DNA from: Callorhinchus milii
Lineage: Eukaryota
NCBI RefSeq assembly: GCF_018977255.1
Contig: NW_024704743.1
Location: 104,286,001 to 104,350,000 of the forward strand
DNA length: 64,000 nt
Direction: 5' to 3'
Shown here: one piece after another, positions 1 through 12,684 of the stretch
How the letters are laid out: every line of letters begins with the position of its first letter
Position numbering within the stretch: the first letter of the stretch is position 1
Translations under genes and position numbers: made by a program
Notes under the pieces: model-generated
Told to the model about the DNA's origin: nothing
The model's input: the letters and a program-made list of their open reading frames with translations, nothing else
Databases searched by the model: none

Positions 1-276
1 TTCAATGGACAATAGAAAGAGTTGATAAATAGAAATAAATGAGGGCATTCTTTTGATTATGTACATGTTATGCTTCAAGCCTGGTTCAGTTGACAGTACT
101 CTTGCTCTTGATTCGGAAAGCTATAATGTTAAACTCATAGTCCAGTTTAGGGCAGAAACCAATGGGGTTATTTGGAATCATTGTAGATCCCGTCTAATTC
201 ATAAGTAAAAAGGAGGAGGGTATGTCTTCTCGTGTTCTAAAACTTTCTCAAGATTCAAAGGCCACGTGAGAGAAGT

Positions 277-436
277 ATAAGAGACTGATATAAAACAGAC
301 TAATATAAGGCAGACCGATATAAGACAGATTGATATAAGGCAGACTGATATAAAAGAGAATGCTAGTAAGAGAGATGAATAATAAAAAAGATTGATATAA
401 GAGACTGACATAAGAGAGATTGATGATAAGAGAGAT
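277..436. repeat. Imperfect ~15-bp tandem repeat (consensus ~ AAGRCAGACTGATAT)
   Basis: Recurring gactgatataa units; explains the I/S/L/Y-periodic spurious ORFs 199-411 and 248-526. Confidence 0.8.
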
Positions 437-479
437 TGGTAGCAGCAGTTTTGGACTAATCATAGTTAATGGAAACGGC

Positions 480-936
480 AACAACAACAACAAGATTGCA
501 TTTATACAACAACAACAAGATTCCATTTATTGAGTGCCTTTCACGTCGGGAGGACGTCCCAAGGCGCTGTACAGTTAGGTCAGGACCCGAGCAGGGGGGA
601 AATGGTCAGGGTGAGGGAAGGGAGGGAGCGAGGAGGGGGTAGAGAGTCAAGAGGGGAGCTGAAGGCACGGTCGAAGAGAAAGGTCTTCAGACCGGCCTTG
701 AAGGAGGAAAGGGAGGAAGCAAGATGAAGGCACTGGGGGATAGAGTTCCAGAGCCTAGGGGCTGAGAGGCTGAAGGCCCGGCCACCGATGTTAGGGCGGG
801 GGATGTGGAGCAGACCGGAGCCAGAGGAACGGAGGGTACAGGCAGGTACGTGGGGGGATAGTAGGTCGGAGACTTAGGAGGGTGCAAGGCCGTGAATGGC
901 CTTGTAGGTAAGGATGAGGATGAGGATCTTGAATTC
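480..936 (-). mobile_element. L2 LINE 3' fragment, 5'-truncated, with duplicated (TTG)n tail
   Basis: Close match to 4015-4505; encodes [19 protein letters not shown] (ORF2 C-terminus) on minus. Confidence 0.92.
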
Positions 937-1039
937 AAGCAAGTTTGATCCTGATACATAATTGATGCTTGAAGTCGATACTAATAATAATAACATCAAC
1001 AAGAAGACCAAGCTATTACCACTTGTATTTATACAATGT

Positions 1040-1500
1040 AGAAATAACAATGTAACTAAACATATTAATTTGACAATTTGTAAACACTTTGATATTAATG
1101 TAAAGACCACCTGGTATGAACATCAACCAGCAAAATTGACATTGAAAAATAACATCATAATAATCTGGGACTCACAAGTACAAACAGATAAAACAGCAAT
1201 CTATAGCAAACCAGATATTATCATAAAAAAAGATGATGCATGTAATATTATAGATCTGGCTATCCCAAGTGATTATAACATAAGAAATAAGGAGCTAGAG
1301 AAGATCAGGAAATATATCGATCTACAATTGAATGCGGATGAATGTGGCTATATAAAACAAATATAGGTCCTATAATCATCAGTGCAACTGGGATGTTAAT
1401 AAAACTATTCAGAAATGGCTTGACAAAATACCTGGTGAACAAATATATCAATCTCCTACAGAAAGTAGCTATTTTAGGAAGTTCAAACACACTAAGATCC
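1040..1500 (+). mobile_element. Decayed RLE-type non-LTR retrotransposon C-terminus (R4/Dong-like restriction-like endonuclease)
   Basis: ORF 962-1366: WYEHQP...IWDSQVQTDK...KPDIII...IIDLAIP.D.NI..KE.EK..KY.DL (PD..D..K RLE motif); frameshifted continuation PIIISATG and LQKVAILGSS. Confidence 0.8.
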
Positions 1501-1764
1501 ATTCATATATAAAGTCCCAGTGTTATAGGTCTGGCTGACCCATCACAGAAAGCCACTTAGAAACTATCTCTATGGAGTGATTTGAATTTTTACAACATCA
1601 GCATAATAATAATATTTGATATAACTACTTATTACATCGTCAAACTACATCAAAGAATTTACTGTAAAATGTACATAGCAACGAATTTGTGCAAATCAAT
1701 GTCCCGCAAATCGAGAATAGTGAATTTTGTCTGGTCGATTATTGGCTGGGGCACCAGGATTCAC

Positions 1765-2010
1765 TCTTCTCTTTTCAAATAGTGCATGGGATCTTTAATG
1801 TCTATCTGCATTGTGAAATGGGACTTCTCTTTAATATCTCATTTGAAGGATGGGACCACTAACAGTGCAACACCACTACCCCACCCCAACACTGTATTGG
1901 AGTATCAGCCTAGACATTAAGTTCCGAGTGTTGAAGTTGGCTTTGAACCCACATGCCTCCTGAATCATGGCTTTGAACCCACAGCCTCCTGAATCAGAGG
2001 CAAGAATGCT
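1765..2010 (-). mobile_element. Old Deu-domain SINE remnant
   Basis: Reverse complement resembles the Deu core and tRNA-like head of the copy at 2788-3165; internal ~30-bp tandem duplication at 1938-1997. Confidence 0.65.
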
Positions 2011-2234
2011 TTGAAACATAACATGTACTTATTAAAATAATGCCTTTCAGCAAAAAGGACAAAGAAAAGGAATTGTGTGCGATTATTGACTATTCCCCCC
2101 AAATTAACAAAAAAAATTGGTTACATCTTAAAGTAATTTCACTATACATCAAAATCCGATACCTTGTATTGATTATTAGTGAAGCCACATTTAACAGAAT
2201 TTGTGCAATTCCTGGCACCTAACATTTGAAAGGA

Positions 2235-2620
2235 CATTTAGAAGAGTATGCACAATTTTGGACACCTTGCCTTCAAAAGAATATGGATATATCAGAGGGG
2301 ACACAGAGATGAACAATTTGAGCAAATCCAATGCTTAGACTGCCATAGGCATTCAATTTCACCAGGAATAAAGAGTCAGAGAAATATGATCTAGATTTAA
2401 AAATGCAGAGAGGAATGAATAATGTAGATGAAATGAGGCTTTTCCCATTTTGGCCTACAAATTCGGAGTTAAAGGACATGAGAATAAAATTAACAAGCCT
2501 CAAGCAAGATTTGAGATTAAAGGGATTTTGCTTCCATAGAATAGGGGAATTGTAGAATAAACTCTTGGATACAGAAGTTAATGCAATGTTGATTAACACC
2601 TTTTTAAAAAAGCCATATAA
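2235..2620 (+). mobile_element. Highly decayed CR1 LINE 3' fragment
   Basis: HLEEYAQFWTP-like remnant (cf. PHLEYCVQFWSP at 32.8 kb) followed by CR1 3' similarity. Confidence 0.65.
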
Positions 2621-2787
2621 ATATCTGGTTTAGTAATGCTTTGAGGATTTTAATGGCAGTTTAGATACAGCTAATCGAATACTGTGTGGCATGTTTCTGT
2701 AAATTCAGAGTTCCTGAGTGCCTGAGACCATGAAAATGTCATGATAAAAAAATCAGTATAGATGAATAATGTCAACTCTAAAGGCGT

Positions 2788-3165
2788 CAGTCTGGTTTAG
2801 TTTGTAGCACTCTCATCTGTGAGTTAGAAGGTTGTGGGCTCCAAGACAGGAGGTTGAGCTCATAGTCAAAGTTGCCACTTGAATGCAGTTCTGGAAGAGT
2901 TGCATTATCAGAGGTTCTGTCCTTTGGATGAGCCGTATAAACTGAGGTCCTGACCACCTGTTCAAGCGGACATTTAAGATCCCATGGGACCATTCAAAAA
3001 CAGACAGGACTTTTTACTAGTGTCCTGGCCAACGATCCTCTACTTAAGATTCACTTTATTTCATGAATTCACGTCATGACTGTTTATGGGACAATGTGTG
3101 CAAATTGACTGCTGCATTCACCTTCAAATAACCGGTCACTATGTTTTACAGTAAATCCTGTGAAT
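2788..3165 (+). mobile_element. Old tRNA-headed Deu-domain SINE
   Basis: Head gtagcactctcatctgtgagttagaaggttgtggg; core cctttggatgag...aaactgaggtcct...agatcccatgg...gtgtcctggccaac. Confidence 0.75.
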
Positions 3166-4014
3166 AGCAGCCCCTTCAGATGGTGAGAAACGGCTGCAAT
3201 CTACCACATTGAGGTACTTTGGCGATATGGTTTCAGTGTTGCCACAGAATATGTACGTAGGTTGAGGCATTAGTGAAGTGATGCAGGTACATTTCAGGCT
3301 GTACCATGCAACATCCTGCATCCCAGGTCCCCAGTGGTGCCAGGAAGCAACTCCATTATGTAGTAAGGCCTAACAAATATTTTGGAGGTTTGCTTTGCTC
3401 TACCTTTAGGCCAGGAGAACCTATGTTGAACATTCTCTCATGTCTTTAAATGAGTTGGGTGGAGTTCACAATATAACAGCTTGTATATATCTGTGAATCA
3501 AAAAACCATGATAGGATTGTACATATCTGTGGAAAAGACAGGATGTTGAGCTCATAGTCGAAGTTGCCACTTGAATGCAGTCCTGGAAGAGTGTTACATT
3601 ATCAGACTGTGATGAAAGATCTTGATTGATCAAATTACTTTGGATTAAGTAATTATGCAAAATGGACAAACATAAATTGACACAAATGATTTGAAGTTAG
3701 CAATCTTTCAACCCTGCCAGTGTTCACTAACAATACATCTTATGGATGCTGGCATTCAACCTGTCCAGAGCAACGTTTTAAATCAAGAAATTGACATCTG
3801 GTGACTCGTTTCACAAGGCAAAACATTTCAGCTCTAAAGATTGAGAAGGAAGATTAGGGAACCATCCATCTGTTATACAAAACTTGAGTTTGTTAATAAA
3901 CTGATATCTGACAGACAGTTTTCAAGTACATGAGACTCTTCAGAAATCTATAAATAGTGCAACACCACTTTCATCCTGCAACAGTTACAGTTCCTTCAGG
4001 GAACAAAGTCGTAT

Positions 4015-7000
4015 ACAACAACAACAACAACAACAAGATTCCATTTATAGAGCGCCTTTCACGTCAGGAGGACGTCCCAAGGCGCTGCACAGTTGGGTCA
4101 TGACCCGAGCAGGGGGGAAATGGTCAGGGTGAGGGGAGGGAAGGGAGGGAGAGAGGAGGGGGAAATGGTCAGGGTGAGGGGAGGGAAGGGAGGGAGCGAG
4201 GAGGAGGAAGAGAGTCGAGAGGGGAGCTGAAGGCACGGTCAAAGAGAAAGGTTTTGAGACCGGCCTTGAAGGAGGAAAGGGAGGAAGCAAGGCGAAGGCA
4301 CTGGGGGATGGAGTTCCAGAGCCTGGGGGCTGAGAGGCTGAAGGCCTGACCACCGATAGTAGGGCGGTTGGGGCGGGGGACGTGGAGCAGACCGGAGCCA
4401 GAGGAACGGAGGGTACGGGCAGGTAGGTAGGGGGATAGTAGGTTGGAGAGGTAGGAGGGAGCAAGGCCGTGAATGGCCTTGTAGGTGAGGATGAGGATCT
4501 TGAAATCAATCCTCTGGGGGATGGGGAGCCAGTGGAGGCGAGCGAGGGTGGGAGTGATGTGATCGCGAAGCCTGGTGCGGGACAGTACACGAGCTGCAGA
4601 GTTCTGAATGACCTGCAGCTTGTGGAGGGAGGTGGCGGGAAGGCCGGCGAGGAGAGAGTTCCCATAGTCCAGCCTTGAGGTGACAAAGGCGTGAACCAGG
4701 GTTTCAGCGGCGTGAGGGGTGAGGTAGTGCCGTAATCTGGCGATATTCCGGAGGTGATGGAAGGCGGTGCCAGTTGTGGTGCGGATGTGAGGGAGAAAGG
4801 ACAGCTCAGGGTCGAACAAAACGCCGAGGTTCCTGACTGGCTTTGAGAGGTGGAGAGTGCAGCCTTGGATGCTGATGGTGTCAGCGCCTGAGGTGCGGAG
4901 GCGCTGACATGAGCCAATCAGGAGGGCCTCGGTTTTTCGCACGTTGAGCTGAAGAAAGTTGTCTCTCGTCCAGGACTCGATGTCGGACAGGCAGGCTGTC
5001 AGGACATCGGTGGTCGTGGAGTTGAGAGTAGAGGAGGAAAGGTAGAGTTGGGTGTCATCCGCATACATGTGGAAGTTAACCCCATGTTTGCGGATGATGT
5101 CACCAAGGGGGAGCATATAGAGGGTGAAGAGGAGGGGACCGAGGACAGAGCCCTGAGGGACACCACATGAGACAGTACGGGGGGTGGAGGAGAAGCCATT
5201 CGTTGAGACGAAGTGAAGACGGTGGGAAAGGTAAGAGCTAAACCATTCAAGGACAGTGCCTTGAAGGTTGAGGTGGGAGGACAAGCGGTGGAGTAGGATA
5301 GCGTGGTCGACCGTATCGAATGCTGCCGATAGGTCGAGGAGGACGAGGAGACAGAGGGAGCCCTGGTCACAGATGGTCAGGATATCATTGGTGACCTTGA
5401 CCAGGGCAGTTTCTGTGCTATGAGCAGCACGGAAACCTGACTGAAGGGGTTCGAAAAGAGAATGGGTGGAGAGGAAAGAGCGCAGTTGGGAGGCGACAAC
5501 TCTTTCCAAGACCTTGGAGAGAAAGGGGAGGTTGGAGATGGGCCGGTAGCTTGATAGCTGCGACGCATCAAGGGAGGGTTTTTTCAGGGTGGGCGTGATG
5601 ATGGCAGTTTTTAATGGAATGGGGACAGAGCCAGAGGAGAGGGACAGGTTTATGATGTCAGTGATGTGTGGGGCAAGAAAACGGAGCTGGGAGATAAGGA
5701 GTGGAGTGGGGATGGGGTCAAGGGAGCAGGTGGTTGGTTTTAGGGAAGGGGTGGGTGGTGGGTGGAAGTTGGAGGGGAAGTGACCGCGGAGCGGATTCCC
5801 TTGATCTTGGATTCAAGGAAATCCAGCATCTCCTCGCAGTGAAGGTTGGAGGAGATGACCTGCGCGGGGTGGCGGGGGGGACGGAGGAGTCGGGATGTGG
5901 TGGAAAACAGTAGCCTGGGGTTGTTCTTCGCCTCCAGGATTATCCTGGAGTAGAAGGACGACTTGGCCGAGGCTAGAGTGGAGCGGTAAATTTTGAGGAG
6001 GTCCAGCCAGATTTGTCGGTGGACCGTTAGGCCAGATTTGACAAAGGTGCGCTCAGCAGCCCGCACCTGGCATTTCAGTGAGCGGAGGTGGGTGGTGTAC
6101 CAGGGGGAGGAGCGGGAGTAGGAGACAGTGCGGGAAGTGATGGGGGCAAGAGTATCGAGTGTGGAGGAGAGGATATTGTGGAGGAGGGAGAGAGGAGAAG
6201 AGGGGTCGGTGAGGGTTGAAGGCCAGAGGGAGAGGAGTTCAGAGGACTCCAAGGCATCGGTTAGGGATTGTGGGGGTAACTTCTTCCAAGGGCGGTAGAA
6301 GATGGTGGTGGGTCTGGTGGAGGTGGGGAGGGGGGTGGAGGTGGTGAAGGAGATGAAGTAGTGGTCGGAGATGGCCTTGTCGGTAATAGTGACATCCGAG
6401 ACACTGAGGCCCCGGGTGATCACCAAATCGAGTGGGTGGCCGTGACTGTGAGTGGGGGAGTTTATGTGTAGGGAAAGGTTGAGTGAGGAGAGCAGGGAAG
6501 AGAAGTCTGTGGAGATGGAGCAGGAGGGGGTGAAGTGTAGGTTAAAGTCGCCCAGGATGATGAGGCGATCAGAGGAGAGGCAAAGAGATGTGAGGAGTGT
6601 TGAAATGTCAGAGATGAAGGTGGGAGAGGTTTTAGGGGGCCGGTAGAGGAGGAGGATTTTAAGGGAGAGGAATGAGGGGTGGGAGAGGGTGAGGTGCTCA
6701 AAGGAGGGGAAAGAGCCAGAGGAGTAGGGGGATAGGGCAAGTGGTGTCCTTGAGATAAGGGCAACACCACCGCCACGGCGGTTGGGGCGGGGGATGTGGT
6801 GGGAGGTGTAGCCGGGTGGCGTGGCCTCCGTGAGGGGGAAGGTGTCGCCTGGGGTGAGCCAGGTTTCTGTCAAGGCCATGATATCAACGTTCTCATCAAG
6901 GATGAGATCGTTGATGACCAGGGCCTTGTTGCAGAGGGAGCGGACATTTTGCAGTCCGATGTGGAGGGAGCGGTTGACAGAAGGGTGTGTGGGAGGGGAG

Positions 7001-7663
7001 GGGGGTCCAGGTTGTGAGGCAGGGGTGGGGGGAATGGGGATGAGGGAGGAGAGGTTGACTCCCCGGGTCTGTGTCCGGGGTGGCTGGCGAGAGTGGTGGG
7101 GAATGGGGCAGTCGGTGTGGCTGCTGCTGGACAGCCAACGCCGAGTGCCACGGTGAGCCCGGCGGAGGATTCCCAGACTGGAACAGAGGGAGGTTGTGGG
7201 AGGGTCAAGTGGGGATAGAAGACGAGAGGGACGGAGAGAGAGCGGGAGAGATGGAGAGGGGGGAGGGTTTGGGGGGAGAGAGGAGGGGGGAGGGAGGGAG
7301 GGGGTGAGGGGGCTCGGGTCAAAGCGGCAGCCATAGTGCGCACGCGGGGACCGGGAGCGAGCGGTCAGGTGGATGGCATTATCCCGTAGATTGGGGCATC
7401 GAACCCAACAGGACCATAGTGGGTTCTGATGTGAGCCCTGGGTGGTGGGGGGGGGGGGGGGCGGAGGTTTTTTTTTGTTTGTTTTGTGCGCGCGCACTCA
7501 CCTGAAAACTAATCTATGACGTCGCAGTTCCCCCGCTCCGCCTCCAGACCACCCCCCCCCCTCCCTCCCCTCCCTAGCTGAACTCGCTCCGGCGTCGAGT
7601 TTAAGTACCTGGGTCAGTAGGCCCAGGCTCCTCCCCGCGCTGTCCTGCTGCCGCTCCCCGTAT
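4015..7663 (-). mobile_element. Near-full-length single-ORF L2-clade LINE (~3.65 kb)
   Basis: APE and RT domains, 3' hairpin, (TTG)n tail, GC/CpG-rich 5' end; flanked by ACAAAGTCGTATACAA at 4003-4018 and 7664-7679. Confidence 0.95.
4169..7334 (-). pseudogene. L2 ORF2 (APE endonuclease + reverse transcriptase), frameshifted
   Basis: LQNVRSL, ALTETW, LLYRPP, LGDFN, LDLVIT, SDH (APE); [29 protein letters not shown] (RT); frame break near 5740-5780; probable start ATG at 7334 is out of frame with APE. Confidence 0.92.
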
Positions 7664-8169
7664 ACAAAGTCGTATACAAAATCGCATGGATTCATCTATA
7701 TTTCTCTGACAGCAGAATAGTCTTTCATCTGAAAGAAAGTAGACCTACAGTAATTGTCAGACTTTCATGTACTTGGAAACCAGTGCTATGTTATTCATCT
7801 TTTGGCTCTTTGAACAGTAGATTAATAGCAACAATGCTCCATTTTGCCATTCATTCATTTGCCAAAATCAACAAAGAGCAAGAGTAAACGCCTGAACTAA
7901 ACATTAAAGAAATGAAATAAAGTTGGCAGAGGGAAAGACCTGGTGGGCCAAATTAATGAATTAATGTACTGTAAGCACTGTCTCAGAGAAGCATTGGGAA
8001 GGGAGATAGATAGATTCCAGGGACCCCAAATTTCTCAGATTTATAGGTTTATGACCACTGTCATTGTAGTAATAATAATAATACATTTAGTACGTGCCTT
8101 TCATAAGAGGAGGACATCCAAAGGACTTCACAGTATATCATGTAAAGTGGAGTGACTGTTTGTTTTGTG

Positions 8170-8345
8170 ATCTTAAGGTTTAAGATCTTATGGAATTTTG
8201 GGAAACAGTTCTTAAATTCAGTCTTAATTGTGAATTTTGAAAAAAGAGCTGTGGAAATTTGACTTCTAAATAAAGACTGAATTTAAGACTGTTTACTAAA
8301 ATTCTGCATTATCTTAAATTTTGTGACAAAGCTCTTAATCTTAAG
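8170..8345. mobile_element. Palindromic MITE-like remnant
   Basis: Arm gaattttgggaaacagttcttaaattcagtcttaatt (~8193-8229) is the near reverse complement of aataaagactgaatttaagactgtttactaaaattc (~8269-8304). Confidence 0.55.
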
Positions 8346-8384
8346 AATTTGATTTATCAGGAAGAAAGGGATATAATAATGAAA

Positions 8385-8800
8385 ATAATAATGCTACTTG
8401 TGTGTGATACAGCACTTCTAATGTCAGAATATCTCAAAGTGCTTTAAGATAATTATTGTTAAGTGTAGGGCATTGTATTTGTAAGCGATCACAGCGGACA
8501 ATTTGCGCATGACAAATAGTTATGAGGGTGGATGACCAATTTATCTGAAGGAATTATCATTTATAAATGATCAATTTATTAATTTATCTCACAAATAGTG
8601 AGGAGGTGGATAATCAATTCATCTGAAAGATTGTTGGTCAGGACATTGCAAAAATTCCTTTCTCTTCTTGGGTTCTTTTATGTTCACTCGATCAGGCAGA
8701 CAAGACTGGTTTAACATCTTATCTGAAGAGCGGCATTTCTGACAATGTAACATTCCTCCAACATTGCATTGGTGTAGCACCCTGAACTGTGAGTTCAAAG
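8385..8800 (-). mobile_element. Old Deu-domain SINE remnant
   Basis: Tail, Deu core and spacer recognisable on minus. Confidence 0.6.
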
Positions 8801-8924
8801 TACCCTCGCTTGTGAAGCAGGAAAAAGAAGAAAAATCGGGATGAGGAATAATAAACAGATGGAATAGCAGCTTGGATAGAAAGGCTAGGCTTTCCTCATT
8901 TATGCATTCATATTTCCTTCAAAG

Positions 8925-9119
8925 AAATAATAATAATAAATTAGTCACTCAATCCACGACTGTTTGTGGGACACTGCTGTGTGCAATTGGCTGCCGCATT
9001 TCGCCCACAAAATGTACTGTCAATTCTGTATATCAATTTACAGTATATTCTGTGAAGCACTTTGAGATGTCTCGAACATGTGATAAGGCGCTATATCAAA
9101 TGCAAGGATTATTATTATA
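8925..9119 (+). mobile_element. tRNA-Ala/L2-tail SINE, 3' half (old tail type)
   Basis: gactgtttgtgggacactgctgtgtgcaattggctgccgc...aaatgcaaggattattatt. Confidence 0.85.
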
Positions 9120-9464
9120 TGGTTTCCCACACACCTATAAGTCACATATTGAAAGCAATAGAAAGCTATTCAATTCAAACACAGAATCTGTGCATCAGTT
9201 TATATCATATTATTAAGGCATTCACTCAGCCATGGATTACCTTCAAGCTTTATATTTCCTACCACTTGTTTTTTCAGCTGTGCCGCCTTTGTTTCTTTAC
9301 AAAACAATGTTTGCACTTAAAAGAACAAAATGAAAAAAAGAATCTGCAAAGTGCACTTAGTTTTGTCAACAGCTGGCAAAATCCAAAGGTAACCTTAGTC
9401 TGTAGGTTGTCTGGAGACATAGATATAAGAGATGTGGAAAAATGCAAGAGTGGGATCCAAAATC

Positions 9465-9778
9465 TAATAATAATAATCATTGCATTTGATATAGCGCGTT
9501 TCACGTCTTCTAGACGTCCCAAAGCGCTTCACAGAATATACTGTAAAGTGAATTGACTGTATATTTGTGGGCGAACGCGGCAGCCAATTGCGCACAGCAA
9601 TGTCCCAAAACAGTCGTAGATTGAAAATGATCAATTTATTATTGTTTTTTTTTTGAGGGGATTATTATTAGGCGTGTGGAGTAAGGAAAGTTGCCCAAGA
9701 TTTTGCCCTGCCTGGAATTGAACTCAGGTCTCTTGTTTGCAAAGTGAGTGCTCTAACCACTGAGCTACAGGACTCCAC
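9465..9778 (-). mobile_element. Full-length tRNA-Ala-derived SINE (short form)
   Basis: A/B-box head, Deu-like core, L2-like hairpin, (ATT)n tail; similar to 29446-29776. Confidence 0.92.
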
Positions 9779-10175
9779 ATGGAGAGGGGAGCTGGAATCT
9801 TCTCTTTCGAATTTCTGTAATAAAGTTCTCATTCAACAGAATGGAATTTAAGGGATAAAGTACAAATCTAAGTAAGCTATTTTCTCTGAGCGAGTTTTAA
9901 TAAAATAATAATAATCATCCTTGCATTTGATATGGCACCTTATTACACTGAAATGTCTCAAAATGATTCACAGAGTCTTTGTAAAGTACTGTGTATTTGT
10001 AGGCAAATATGGGCACAGCAATGTCCCACATCCGCCATAAATTAATTACAATTCTTTTATCGAGGGATTGTTGGTTAAGTCACTGGATGAATACTCCTTT
10101 CCTGTTTTCAAATAATGCCATTGGCAGCTTTAGCATCCTGTACAGGCAAACAGGACTTCGGTTTAATGTGCTAAG

Positions 10176-10292
10176 GCGTTCGCCCACGAATATACAGTCA
10201 GTTCACTTTACAGTGTGTTCTGTGAAGCGCTTTGGGACGTCCTCCCGACGTGAAAAGCGCTATATCAAATGCAAGGATTATTATTATTATTA
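10176..10292 (+). mobile_element. SINE 3' fragment (young tail) abutting an older Deu SINE (9905-10170, minus)
   Basis: gcgctttgggacgtcctcccgacgtgaaaagcgc + (ATT)n. Confidence 0.85.
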
Positions 10293-10704
10293 ACACCTCT
10301 CTCTGTGTACCTCTCAAGTCTTCTAAAGGCTGAAGATTACATTGGGAGAGCTAAGGATGATTACAAGTCATTTAAGCTTGGTAAAACAAAATGAAGGAAT
10401 TTCATTTCTATTCTGGAAAGCAAGTCAACTAATACTGCAATCATTTTAGTATAATCCAAATCTTCCAATATCCCAACCACATGGACATAGTTTTTCACTG
10501 AGCTTCCCATGAAAATTCAGTCTTTCGGCCAACAGAAGAGCGCTTTATGGGATGATTTGTACTTGAGCTGGGGATGGGGACCAGTTCAAAGGACTCCTGG
10601 ATGGAGTTCCAGAGAGTGTGGGGTGGGGTGGGGTAGGGGTGATGGTGGGGCAGGTGGGTAAATGATTTAAACTCAGAAATCACATCTGCCAGTCTTTGTA
10701 TTCT

Positions 10705-10882
10705 CTTCAACCGTGCCTTCAGCTCCCCTCTCGACTCTACACCCTCCTCGCTCCCTCCTTTCCCTCCCCTCACCCTGACCATTTCCCCCCTGCTCGGGTC
10801 CCGACCCAACTGTCCAGCGCTTTAGGACGTACTCCCGACGTGAAAGGCGCTCTATAAATGAAATCTTGTTGTTGTTGTTGTT
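10705..10882 (+). mobile_element. L2 3' end fragment
   Basis: Matches the L2 3' UTR, hairpin and (TTG)n tail. Confidence 0.9.
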
Positions 10883-12684
10883 ATTTGATTTATTCATTGC
10901 AGCTTGGAAAGGAGGAGAATTTATTACATTCACTCAATGTAACAGACTCACTGACGGGTATTAAGTGCTATTAGACTCTGTTTGCTAAGCTTATCGAGTC
11001 GTGGTGAATGTATAAATAAGCATAATGTAATGTTAAATTATTAAGAATGTTAAATATAAAATGAAATTCTGCATAGAAAATTGGATTAACTATTTCTAAA
11101 CACACCTTGACAAAGTTTATTAAGCTTAGTGAACAAATTGGAATATCATCTATATTAGATCAAGAAGTTAACCATCTTATATGAAAAAATCAGAATGATG
11201 CTAAAATCATTGTGAAACAATCAGAGGGATTCAAATCTAGCTTTTCATTGAGTATATGATAGATAGTGTTTACCACTTCTATTATTAGCAATTCCTGTGT
11301 TTGCATCAATTGATCAAAGGAAACATTACACAGCTTAGTGGAATCAAGGTTTGTAATGGACCCATTTTATTTTTTTCTTCTCCATGAGAGAAAAGACTAT
11401 CTCCTTTTAACCTTATCTTTTTCTGCATTTGAAATTTGCATGAGAGCAAATTTGAGGGCAGTATGATTTTTTTTTCTGAACTGTAAAACAAAGCAAAGTA
11501 CTGCCACGATAAAGGAAGCCTAAGATGCTCAGTGACGCAACTTGTGTGAAGGACAATAGAAGTCATCTTCTAGTGCGAAAAGTGATTCCCAAAACAGACA
11601 GCTGCTCCCAATCTTATCTAATTTATGGTAATGTACAGTTCATTTACAGGCAAGAAATGATTCATTAGCTTGAGTTGCTCAATTGGCTAGGTGTCATTAA
11701 CTTGATGATTGTGACTGTTACAATATTGATTTACGGTTACACTCAATTAATAATTTCACCTAAATCATAGGAAAAAAGAATGGTTCCAGGAAAATTTGAA
11801 AGAGCATATTGATCTTTGGAAAGACAAATCAGTACAGCTGAAATTCATCATGTCTGTAAGAGGAGAAAAATGTTACCTTTCATTATAGTGCCCTAAAATA
11901 TGTTTCAGGAACCACTGCATTAAGACTTTCTTAAGGCATAGTGCAGATTGTGTGGCTAACACAGTAGGATTGATTTTTTTTAAAATGTGTCTGTGAGATC
12001 TGCAATCCGTCGCTTTACACTCTGTAATACTTACACTTGGGGATTTATGTGACATCTTCAGACATTAACACAAGCAGCATCAACCAAGTTAGAATGAAAT
12101 AACAGTGACATATTATTGATTCTGGAAAGTCTTACGGAGTGGATAATTCACTAATACCTCAATGGTACCTATGCTTCAATTTGTACACCAAGGAGAGGGA
12201 AATGACATTTGGATTTACATAATATTGATATATGTTAAACTACCCTGTTACTGAGAAGGAGCACTCTTAGTAGATTCATCAGCACGAGAAGCACATTTTT
12301 CACATACGTCCGTACATTTTATTAACACAATTATAACATTCGGAAGTTTGAACCATCAAGATAATGCCAGAGGCTCCAATGATTATTCATATGGAGTGTT
12401 TATGATTTTATTTTGATAATCCATCAAGGTGGGGGCAACCAGAGGGAGGAAATAAATCTGGGCATTTGCCCACAAAATTCTAGATCAATGATAACTTTGA
12501 AAAGGAAACAGGTCAATATTTTGTTGAGAAAGGGGGGTTAGCAATGTAGGGATAGAAACAGCACTGTCTGGTTACCATGTGTTTTAGGAAGTATATATGA
12601 TGTTTGATTTTAGGGCATTTGATTTGAAAGAAAATACTGAACCTGGTGATAATTATCAAATGTTAAGAAATGTATCATGGAGTG

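Noticed and set aside
4045..7343. Alternative-frame and antisense ORFs over the L2 (e.g. 4045-4917)
   Set aside because: Shadows of C-rich ORF2; no independent motifs
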